From positions 1 to 18,669 of the forward strand of contig JBBISH010000120.1 in the NCBI GenBank assembly GCA_037441385.1: DNA of 18,669 nt, given 5' to 3'. Position numbers and translations under genes: made by a program. Positions 6,225-13,744 of the stretch are shown piece after piece (positions within the stretch are counted from its first letter, which is position 1; the number at the start of each line of letters is the position of its first letter). The notes under the pieces are model-generated. The model searched no databases. It saw only the letters and a program-made list of their open reading frames with translations, and was not told the origin of the DNA. This DNA comes from Myxococcales bacterium. Lineage in GTDB: Bacteria; Myxococcota_A; UBA9042.

Positions 6225-7486
6225 TGGGCATGGCTAGACGCCCGCCCCTGGCTCCGGCGAAACGCCGCCTGCAGCGCTGCGGCGTCCAGGTCGGTGTGCG
6301 CGGCCATCCAGGCGAAATCCAGGTCGTCGACCAACGCCGCCATCCGCTGCGTCCACACTTCGCCCAGCTCGCGCAGCCCGGCCTGGTTGTGGCTGGTGCG
6401 GCTCGACTCGGCACTGAGCAGCGGCAGCGACACAAAGGCCAGCGTGAGCAAGCAGGCGAATCGATAGTCGTCGCCCAGGGTTTGTCGCGAATAGTCTTGC
6501 ACGCCCTGGCGCAGCAGCGCGGCGTGGTAGCGGTCGAGCAGCCGCTCGGCGTGAACGCGGCGCACCGCGGGTTCCACGCTCAGCACCAGGAAGTAGGCCA
6601 GGTCGAACACGCCCTTGCCCTTGCGCGCCGCTTGCCAGTCGATGAACACCAAGCGACCGGCGCTGTGGTCGGGCGGGAACAGCAGGTTGCCCACCCGGGC
6701 GTCGCCGTGCAGCACGGTGGTCGGCGCTTGGCCATCGTGGCGCCAGACGGTGCGCAGCAGCTGGCCAAATAGCGCGCGGTCGGGCCCAACGAACTGCTCG
6801 GCCAAGAAGTCGATGACGGCGTTGGGCACGACGGTCAAGAACGCCGTGCGCGGGTCTCGGTCGCGCTGCCAGAAGGCTGCGTGCAATTCAGCCATCGCCT
6901 CGACCACGAGGTCGCACTTCTCGGCCGGACAGCCTTGCCGTTCCGTGACTTCGATCGCGCCGGCCACCCTCTCCATCAGCAAGCACAGATTGCCGCTGGG
7001 GTGCTCGGCGGCAAAGTAGCAGCGGGGCAGCGGCACGTGCCGGTCGCCGGCCAGCTGGCGGTAGACGCCGATTTCCTTGTGGTGGTTGCCCTGCAGGACA
7101 AAGATGGCGTGATCGCGCAAGTGGTTGGCTTTCGGTGCAAATTTAGCGACGACGTGCGCGTCGCGACGATCGCCCGCGGCATCGCGGTAGCCGATGGTCA
7201 CTTGGGCGCACTGCGAGCGAAAGGCGGCGCTGGTCTTGAATGGTTCGACGGAAAACCCTTCAATCGTTGCACCTTTGGGCAGCCCGCCAGCGGCCGTCCA
7301 TATGTCGAGGCACCAGCGTTGGCGCTCGGCCAGCTGGCGCGGGTCGCGGGGAAACGCCAATCGCGGCCGCAGCGTCCGGTCGAGCCAGGAGCTGACCATC
7401 AACACGAACACCGCGACATGGAAAAGCAATTTGACCAAAGCGCTCTCGGCGACCGCGCACTTCGGCCCGCGGTGTGCGGTCAGCAT
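6212..7486 (-). CDS. Aminoglycoside/choline kinase-like phosphotransferase (EcKinase/DUF1679-like)
   Basis: VVAKF, EIGVYR, PLPRCYFA, LLMERV, TVLHGDARVGNLLF, FIDWQ and DLAYFL motifs, plus a hydrophobic N-terminal segment. Start uncertain (ATG 7486 or TTG 7438). Confidence 0.85.
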   Translation of the reverse strand: MLTAHRGPKCAVAESALVKLLFHVAVFVLMVSSWLDRTLRPRLAFPRDPRQLAERQRWCLDIWTAAGGLPKGATIEGFSVEPFKTSAAFRSQCAQVTIGYRDAAGDRRDAHVVAKFAPKANHLRDHAIFVLQGNHHKEIGVYRQLAGDRHVPLPRCYFAAEHPSGNLCLLMERVAGAIEVTERQGCPAEKCDLVVEAMAELHAAFWQRDRDPRTAFLTVVPNAVIDFLAEQFVGPDRALFGQLLRTVWRHDGQAPTTVLHGDARVGNLLFPPDHSAGRLVFIDWQAARKGKGVFDLAYFLVLSVEPAVRRVHAERLLDRYHAALLRQGVQDYSRQTLGDDYRFACLLTLAFVSLPLLSAESSRTSHNQAGLRELGEVWTQRMAALVDDLDFAWMAAHTDLDAAALQAAFRRSQGRASSHAHSPA

Positions 7487-7544
7487 AGCATCGATCGGGC
7501 GGCGATACCGCCGGAGACCGCCGCGTGCGGCATAGGGCCATTTG

Positions 7545-7601
7545 CCGGTTCGGGTCCAAAGCGTGGCTGGGGTTTTCGATCCGATTCGGACGAAACGGCC
7601 A
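7545..7601 (+). repeat. Partial copy (right half) of repeat family A
   Basis: CCGGTTCGGGTCCAAAG...GTTTTCGATCCGATTCGGACGAAAC. Confidence 0.7.
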
Positions 7602-7779
7602 AGATCGGTCCATTGGCCAAAACTCACGGCGGCGACGGCGCCAATTGGCTCCATTGCGTCGAGATCGTTTTTTGCACTTGCGCGCACCAGTCTTTCGGAT
7701 TTTGCCTAAAAACAGCGTGGTTCTAAACCAGCGACCGGAAAATTCTGCGCAAGTCGCGAAAAAATTTCGCGCGGCCGCG

Positions 7780-8808
7780 TTACGGCGCCGGCTCGCCCCG
7801 CTCGGCGCGCCACTCTGCGGCGATCCGCCCCGCCACAAACAGGAACGGAAACGACACGAACAACCCCACAAACCCCAGCAAATGCTCCCAAGCCAGCAGA
7901 CTGAGGATCAGGACAAAGCCGGGCAGCCGCACGTGGCGCGCCGTCAGCCGTGGGTTCAGGTAGTACGACTCGATCTTGTGCAGGACCGCCGTCAGCCCCA
8001 CGAACAGGCCCACGCCCAGACCGCCGCGCACCTGCCACGCCAGGTAGGTCAGCACCGCGCCCGACAGCAGGTTGCCCACGACGGGCACCAGGCTCGACAC
8101 GAAAATCAGCAGCGTCAGCGCGGGGATATGCGGGATGCCCAGCACGACGAGCAGCGGCATCGTCAGGACCGCGTTGCAGGCCGCCACCACCACCTGCAGC
8201 TGCAGCGTCACCACCACGGCGTCGGCCGTGTGCCCCAACCACCGCACCAGCGTGCCTTGCAGCGAGCGCGGCGGCAGCGCCTGAGCAAAGTGCTCGATTT
8301 CGTGGCGCTCCAGCGTGTAGACCACGGCCAAGATCAGCCCGATCACCACGTAGACCAGCGCGTGGCCCAGCGCCGCCAGCCAGCCCACCGCGTTGGCGGC
8401 GTAGTGTTGCGCGCCTTCGACGAGCTTGTGGGTGTCGGGCAAATGTGCTTGCAGCGCCTGGGCTTCGGGCAGCTCGCGCCAGGTGGCAATCCGCTCGGGC
8501 AGGCTCTGCCGCAGCGCCACCACCTGCTGCACGGCCAGACCGGCGCCCAGCCAGCCCAGCACCCCCGCCAGCAGCGCCGCGACGCCCAGCACCAGCCCCA
8601 GCACCGCGCCGCGCTTCCAGCCGAGCCGCGGCTGCAGCCGGTCGAGCAGCCAGCCCAGGGCGCGGGCAAACGCGACAAAAAACACCAGCAGCAGCGCCAG
8701 GTGGCGAAAGAGCAGCAGCGCCCCAACAAACGCCGCCACCGCCAAGGCGCGGTGCGCCGTGGGCTCGGCCAAGAACTCGGCAATGCGATCGCGCGGTTGC
8801 TTGCTCAC
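7780..8808 (-). CDS. AI-2E family transporter (PerM/UPF0118)
   Basis: Multi-TM protein with SLVPVVGNLLSG and LHKIESYYLNPRLTARHVRLPGFVLILSLLAWEHLLGFVGLFVSFP. GTG start at 8808 behind GAGGAG. Confidence 0.92.
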   Translation of the reverse strand: MSKQPRDRIAEFLAEPTAHRALAVAAFVGALLLFRHLALLLVFFVAFARALGWLLDRLQPRLGWKRGAVLGLVLGVAALLAGVLGWLGAGLAVQQVVALRQSLPERIATWRELPEAQALQAHLPDTHKLVEGAQHYAANAVGWLAALGHALVYVVIGLILAVVYTLERHEIEHFAQALPPRSLQGTLVRWLGHTADAVVVTLQLQVVVAACNAVLTMPLLVVLGIPHIPALTLLIFVSSLVPVVGNLLSGAVLTYLAWQVRGGLGVGLFVGLTAVLHKIESYYLNPRLTARHVRLPGFVLILSLLAWEHLLGFVGLFVSFPFLFVAGRIAAEWRAERGEPAP

Positions 8809-9200
8809 GGGCACACTCCTCGCTGCGTAGGGCCGCACCAGAGTAGCGCAGGGCGGAGGTTGGCGTCGAGTCGGCGACATGGACTTGGCGGCGCGCGTCT
8901 CCGCCGTCGGCGTGCAGGCGCGGCGATCAAGGCTCGGGCGATCCAAGCTGTGGAGTTCGAAGGCGAAGTCGACCAGCACCACCTGGCCAACCCGGTTGGA
9001 ATCGCGCAGGACCGCATCGGCCCGCCAGCGCGGTTCGGGTCGCCGCCCGCCCGCAAAATCGCCGGCCAGCGGCGCCTCTTGAGCCTGGACGGGCAGCGCT
9101 GGACGGCAGAGCTGCCAGCAGCAAGCCCAGCGGCAAAATCACCACGGCATGGGGCGTCGCGGGCGTCTTGGGTCGCCGCGGCGGCTAGCGAGGTTGTTGG

Positions 9201-9235
9201 GCGGGGACCCTGGTTTGGGCCCGGAGGATGCGCCC
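9201..9235 (+). repeat. Short fragment of repeat family A
   Basis: GCGGGGACCCTGGTTTGGGCCCGGAGGAT versus GCGGGGACCCCGGTTCGGGCCCGGAGAAT in the adjacent full copy. Confidence 0.6.
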
Positions 9236-9250
9236 AGGTGTCCAGCCTAA

Positions 9251-9382
9251 TACGCACCCCACCTGATTCACGCCTATACGCTTTTTCTGACTCGTTGCGC
9301 AACTGGCGAGAATCAGGCGGGGACCCCGGTTCGGGCCCGGAGAATTGCCCAAGTTTTCGATCCGATTCGGACGGAACTGGTA
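9251..9382 (+). mobile_element. 132-bp MITE-like element (family A), full copy
   Basis: Same length and ends as 2547-2678, flanked by TAA (9248-9250) and TAA (9383-9385). Confidence 0.82.
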
Positions 9383-9385
9383 TAA

Positions 9386-9410
9386 GTGGCAAGTGGCAAT
9401 ACCTGACACC
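9386..9410 (+). repeat. Solo copy of the RAYT-flanking inverted repeat
   Basis: GTGGCAAGTGGCAATACCTGACACC is identical to 18087-18111. Confidence 0.92.
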
Positions 9411-9411
9411 A

Positions 9412-10194
9412 CTACACGACCAGCCGCAACTCGCCCCACAGCACCGGCAACCGCGTCAGCGGCACGAAGAACTGCTCGCCGAATGGGTTGAGACGCAATC
9501 CTTCGTGATCACAGGTGAACATTACACCCGTGTACCACACCGAGCTGGCAGCGGGGAGCGGCGCGGCCTGTTCGACCGCTAGCCCCACGGCGGTGGCCGC
9601 AGCGGCCCAGTCACCCAGGGTTCGCAGCGGCGGCAGCGCCCACAGCTCGGCAAAGCGGTCCAGGTCGTTCGCCTCGGCGAGCAGCGGCGATTCGCCGTCG
9701 AGAAACAAGTCCTTGATGTAGATCCGCCCACCCGGCCGAACGACGCGCGCCAGCTCGCCAAGAAGGCGCTCCACCGGAGCCGCGTAACAGGCGCTCTCGA
9801 ACAGCCACGCACCGTCAAAACTCGCGTTATCAAATGGCATTTCGTGGTAGTCGGCGCACTGCACCGCAACCCGCTCGGCCAGGCCGGCGCTGGCCACCCG
9901 CCGAGCTGCGGCGGCCGCTTGCACCATCGAAATGGTGATGGCCTGGACCCGCAAGCCCGGCACTTCGGCCGCGATGTCGCAGGCTGGACCACCCACCCCA
10001 CAGCCGGCGTCGAGCCAGAAGCTGTGCGGCTGCACTTGCGCCCGCTGCGCCAACGCGAGGTTGGTGTCGCGTGGCCCACCGTGGTCGTCCAGCATCGCAG
10101 CCTGGTGGGTGGCGCCCGCCCAACGCTCGAACGTGGGCGACCAGTGGTCGTAGAGGCTGGCGACTTGGCCGGCCCTGGCCTTGCGATCAGTCAT
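9412..10194 (-). CDS. Class I SAM-dependent methyltransferase (sterol/tocopherol/GPP-MT-like)
   Basis: WLDAGCGVGG, ADYHEMPFDNASFDGAWLFES and RVVRPGGRIYIKD motifs. ATGA overlap with the cyclase gene. Confidence 0.93.
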   Translation of the reverse strand: MTDRKARAGQVASLYDHWSPTFERWAGATHQAAMLDDHGGPRDTNLALAQRAQVQPHSFWLDAGCGVGGPACDIAAEVPGLRVQAITISMVQAAAAARRVASAGLAERVAVQCADYHEMPFDNASFDGAWLFESACYAAPVERLLGELARVVRPGGRIYIKDLFLDGESPLLAEANDLDRFAELWALPPLRTLGDWAAAATAVGLAVEQAAPLPAASSVWYTGVMFTCDHEGLRLNPFGEQFFVPLTRLPVLWGELRLVV

Positions 10195-11675
10195 GGCGGC
10201 GCCTCCAGGGCCGCGACCGGTTGCACCAACTGGTGGCGCAACTGGCTCAGCACCGCTTCGTCTTGTGCGTCCAGATCGATGGACCAGATGGGCGTTTGGC
10301 CGGTCAGGCCGCGGACCGCCACGGCACCGCGGTCCCGGCGCACGATGTCGGGGTGCAGGGCGTCGGCGGTCGCTTGATCGATGAGGATCTGCGTCTCGTA
10401 CCGTTTGTTCAGGCCTTCGAGTCGCGAGGCCAGGTTGACCGGCGGCCCGATGCAGGTGAATTCCATCCGATCGGGCGATCCAACCGTGCCCGACAGCACC
10501 GGACCGGTCGCGATGCCGATGCCGATCGCCAGCGGGGTTCCGCCAAATTGTGCCATGGTTTGTGTGGCCTTGGCCATGTCGATGGCTGCAACCACGGCGC
10601 GGGTCACCGAATCGGGCAGCGGCAGCGGCGCGCCAAAGACGGCCATGAAGCCGTCGCCCAAGAACTTGTCCAGCGTGCCATCGTAGGCAAACAGCTTCTC
10701 GACCATTACGGCAAAGAATTCGTTGAGCACGCCGACCGTGGCCTCGGGCTGGAGGCGCTCGGACATGGCCGTAAAATTGCGAATGTCCACAAACAGGATC
10801 GTGGCCGTCTGCTGCTGGCCCCCCAGGCGGCGGCGCCCAGCGTCGCGCATCATGACCTCGATGGCCTGGCGCGGCAGGTACTTGGCCAACTGCTGGTACT
10901 CTTCGCGGACGGCTTGGCGGTGGGCGGTCGCGTGCTCGGCGCGCAGCAGGAGTTGGCGGCTCAGGCGGGCAACCAACGCCACACCAAAGGCGGGCAACAC
11001 CGTGACAAAGATAGAAAATACGGCATCAGGCAGGTAGATGGCCTTGCCGTCAAAAGTGCTGGTCGTGGCCAACGGCACCAAGCCAAGGGTGGCGGTGTGG
11101 GCGAGCAACGCGCCGTTGAGCGCGAGGGTCCACAGACCACCCTGCACGCAAGCCCAGGGAGAAAGGCGCAGGCCGTTCAAGATGTTGAGGACCGCGAAGA
11201 TCTCCAAGACGCCGCCCTGCCAGTACTCCAGGGCGCCGCCATAGTTGCCAAGCACCGCAACGTAGGTAGCGGCAAGGACAAGTTGATCGATGGCAATGCC
11301 GGTCGAGGCCAGCCAGCGTGGCGCCGCGAAGGGCTGGCGTCGCAGCGCATAGGCCGCCACACCCGCCCACAGCAGCCAAACGACCAGTTGGACACGCAAG
11401 ATCGTGTTGGCCTGGGCAGAATTGGCGTCTGGGGCGGCAATCTGCAGGGCCACGCCAAGCGAGGCAAAAGCAAGCCGCGCGCGGTTGAGCCAGCGCTCTC
11501 CGCGGAGTTGGGCGTGATCGCACGCGGCAAGATAGCGGGCCTCGGCGTCGCGCTGGAGCTGCTCGGTGCCGCGCTGGAGCTGCTCGGTGCCACGTTGGAG
11601 CTGCTCGGTGCCACGTTGGAGCTGCTCGGTGCCGCGCGCGCTCCCGCCGAGTGCATCGCCGGCGAAGGTAAACAC
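10191..11675 (-). CDS. Membrane-bound class III nucleotide (probably adenylate) cyclase, ~6 TM
   Basis: ATILFVDIRNFT, LDKFLGDGFMAVFGAP, IGIGIATG and FTCIGPPVNLASRLE. Lys/Thr at the specificity positions suggest ATP. About six hydrophobic N-terminal segments. GTG start 3 nt after the upstream stop. Confidence 0.92.
   Translation of the reverse strand: MFTFAGDALGGSARGTEQLQRGTEQLQRGTEQLQRGTEQLQRDAEARYLAACDHAQLRGERWLNRARLAFASLGVALQIAAPDANSAQANTILRVQLVVWLLWAGVAAYALRRQPFAAPRWLASTGIAIDQLVLAATYVAVLGNYGGALEYWQGGVLEIFAVLNILNGLRLSPWACVQGGLWTLALNGALLAHTATLGLVPLATTSTFDGKAIYLPDAVFSIFVTVLPAFGVALVARLSRQLLLRAEHATAHRQAVREEYQQLAKYLPRQAIEVMMRDAGRRRLGGQQQTATILFVDIRNFTAMSERLQPEATVGVLNEFFAVMVEKLFAYDGTLDKFLGDGFMAVFGAPLPLPDSVTRAVVAAIDMAKATQTMAQFGGTPLAIGIGIATGPVLSGTVGSPDRMEFTCIGPPVNLASRLEGLNKRYETQILIDQATADALHPDIVRRDRGAVAVRGLTGQTPIWSIDLDAQDEAVLSQLRHQLVQPVAALEAPP
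11550..11636. repeat. 21-bp tandem repeat x4 encoding RGTEQLQ
   Basis: (G/A)CG(C/T)TGGAGCTGCTCGGTGCC at 11550, 11571, 11592 and 11613. Confidence 0.95.
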
Positions 11676-11678
11676 CGG

Positions 11679-11948
11679 CTACACGAGCTTGTTGTAATCG
11701 CCCGCCGTCTGCTTGATCACGGCCACCCGGACAACGTCGATGTGGTGGCGATGCGTGTACAAGTAGCTCCGGGCCTCTTCCGGCATCGCTTCGACGCCGT
11801 GTTTGGCGAGGGCCGTGTGGAATTCTTTTTCGTCTGCGGCGCCTTTGATGGCGGCGGAGAAGTCCGGATTGTGGACGAAGTGACCGATGGCTCGGTAGAG
11901 ATGATCTTGCTCTTGGGCCGAAAGCCGCCGGTCGCTGTGCTGGCTCAT
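11679..11948 (-). CDS. 89-aa hypothetical protein; candidate peptide precursor (ComX-/NHLP-leader-like N-terminus)
   Basis: Strong RBS GGGAGGT before ATG 11948. MSQHSDRRLSAQEQDHLYRAIGHFVHNPDFSAAI...TAGDYNKLV. The gene is well supported; the function is inferred. Confidence 0.75.
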   Translation of the reverse strand: MSQHSDRRLSAQEQDHLYRAIGHFVHNPDFSAAIKGAADEKEFHTALAKHGVEAMPEEARSYLYTHRHHIDVVRVAVIKQTAGDYNKLV

Positions 11949-12063
11949 GATCGTACCTCCCAATGTCTCGCGCCCCCAGTCCGTGCCGAACAACTTGCTC
12001 GCACGGCGGAATCGCTCCAAAGAACGTTGGCAACCGTAGCACCACGCGGCTAGCCCTGCAATA

Positions 12064-13071
12064 TCAGCCGCCGCCGCCGGCCCCGTTCCATGAACGATCC
12101 ATGACGGTGGCCAACAGAGCCGCCTCAATGTCGCCCACCCACCCACTCATGGCCCCACGACGGCGCTCTAGGTGGGCCGCCAACTCGTCGTGACCAGCGG
12201 CGCGAGCGGCCTGGGCAGCGGCACCTGCACACTGATCGGCCAGGGCGACGGTGCGACCGACGCCTGCGACCCCACCGCGCGCCGGGACGACGCGGCCTTT
12301 GGCGTCGGGCTGGCCAAGCAGGACGGCCACGTACGTAGTTTGGCCAGCAGCCGCATCCTGTTCCAGATCCGTCGTATCTTCGAATAGTTGATGGGACTCC
12401 ACCAGCCCAGTGATCGCGGCCTGCAGCGGAGCAATTGCCTGCGGACGACCGGCCCGCAGCAGCAGGGCGTCGCTCGCCAGGGTCATCGGCGCGTAGCGGT
12501 CCAAGGTGGCCGACCACGCCGCGGCGGTCCACGGCTCGCGATCGCGACCCAGCCTGGCTTCCAGGGTCATGGCCTCGGCATACGCCGCCCAGGCGGCTGC
12601 CACCCGCGCGGCCATCGCCACCGCTCGCCGCGGTCCAGCAGCCACCGCCAGTTGCGCGGCATGGGCCGTCAGCAGCGCGGAACCAAGCAGCAGCGCCTCG
12701 GCCTCGTCGCCCAGCTGCTCGTCGATGCGGTCGTCGTGCAGGCGCACCGCCAGATAGCCAAGGACCGCGGACAGGGCCGCCGCCCGCACGGCCCGCCGGG
12801 GGACCGAGTGGCCCTGGCGGCGCAGGTAGGCGGCAGTCCAGGCGGGCAAGACGGCAAGCGGCAAAGTCAAGTCGTTCCAGGCGGGTGTAGGGCGCCCCGG
12901 CCGCGGCAGCCGTAGCTGCTCGATCAGCGCGGAGGCTCGCTCGCGGAGGTGCGACGGCAACGAACCCTGAAAATCATGAAGGTTACGAGCGAGATCCGCG
13001 GCCACGGCGGGCCAAGCGGGCTCGGCACACGGGGTCGGCAAAGCGGGGGCCTGGGGCGAAGCGGGCGACAT
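12064..13071 (-). CDS. Class I isoprenoid-synthase-fold enzyme (ComQ-like prenyltransferase or terpene synthase)
   Basis: First Asp-rich motif RLHDDRIDE followed by ALLLGSALL; second motif HQLFEDTTDLEQDAAAGQTTY. All-helical, Ala/Leu-rich. RBS GGAAGGA before ATG 13071. Confidence 0.78.
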   Translation of the reverse strand: MSPASPQAPALPTPCAEPAWPAVAADLARNLHDFQGSLPSHLRERASALIEQLRLPRPGRPTPAWNDLTLPLAVLPAWTAAYLRRQGHSVPRRAVRAAALSAVLGYLAVRLHDDRIDEQLGDEAEALLLGSALLTAHAAQLAVAAGPRRAVAMAARVAAAWAAYAEAMTLEARLGRDREPWTAAAWSATLDRYAPMTLASDALLLRAGRPQAIAPLQAAITGLVESHQLFEDTTDLEQDAAAGQTTYVAVLLGQPDAKGRVVPARGGVAGVGRTVALADQCAGAAAQAARAAGHDELAAHLERRRGAMSGWVGDIEAALLATVMDRSWNGAGGGG

Positions 13072-13431
13072 CGAATCCTTCCGATCGCAAGCGGTTGGCT
13101 CCACCCGCGGCTGACGCGACCTGCGAGTGGGCGGCGCGCCATTGCCGGACCGATCAGGGTCCTGGCACGGGCCGACAAGGCAGGATAAGGCGAGCCCTCG
13201 CGCCGGTCTATACGGCCGGGCCGATGTCGACCGTCGCCAGCTTGGCGCGGGTCAGGTGCTTTGGGGCCGAGTGGGTGGTCACACGCGCGGACGACACGGC
13301 CGACGGGCGCGGACGGTGCGCGAGGATTGGGGAATTCGACCGGCTTGGGGAGGAGCCTGGCAGAGAAGGCCGGGCAAGCCGGGTGCTCGCGGGGCCAGAG
13401 TACAGAACCCCGCAGTGGAGACTCGACCAAA

Positions 13432-13544
13432 TACTGGACAGTCGTTCAGCAATTCGCCCTGCCGGTTGCGTGTCTGGCCCCAAGTGGGGCCCAAGCGAGC
13501 GCCTCCTGCGACTCGCCGCGCCGAGGTCAAAGGTTCGGACGCGC
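13432..13544 (+). repeat. Duplicated upstream segment, copy 1 (pairs with 15792-15904)
   Basis: Ungapped alignment at offset 2360. The first 44 bp are 38/44 identical and include the near-palindrome CTGGAC-AGTC-GTTCAG. Confidence 0.85.
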
Positions 13545-13619
13545 TTGGCGACCCACTTGGCCCGCAGAGCCCAGCACTGCGCCAAACCGGTGGCGTCAAA
13601 CGGCGGTCAGGCGATATAG
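13475..13619 (+). repeat. Repeat family B, most complete copy
   Basis: Starts with hairpin GGCCCC-AAGT-GGGGCC, has internal inverted repeat CCAAGTGGG.../...CCCACTTGG, and ends GGTCAGGCGATATAG. Parts recur at 2330-2381(-), 2418-2524, 6186-6224 and 15837-15904. Confidence 0.78.
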
Positions 13620-13744
13620 TCTACGGTTCTTGCCACGCACGGCTGGCAGCGCACAGTGCACCAGCAGGCCGCAATGTGGAGCGAACTCTGGACCTTGCGT
13701 ACCCGTGCCACAAGCACGGGCCAAGAGGGCCGTGGGAGTCGAGG

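Noticed and set aside
5809..6435. Long N-terminal extension of the precursor ORF (327 aa)
   Set aside because: It crosses repeats and the kinase gene; the RBS and signal peptide place the start at 5808.
7755..7771. CGCGAAA-AAA-TTTCGCG hairpin after the AI-2E stop as a terminator
   Set aside because: Weak stem and no adjacent U-tract; not enough support.
7525..12053. Long plus-strand ORFs 7525-9582 and 10071-12053
   Set aside because: They are antisense to well-supported minus-strand genes, have no motifs, and are typical of high-GC DNA.
13690..13712. Sigma-54-like TGGCAC...GC on the minus strand (also TGGCACG near 6113)
   Set aside because: The GG-GC spacing is wrong or the -12 element is missing.
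13127..13744. 206-codon upstream extension of the large lipoprotein and overlapping ORFs
   Set aside because: It runs through repeat B; the signal peptide and RBS mark ATG 13745. No recognisable product.
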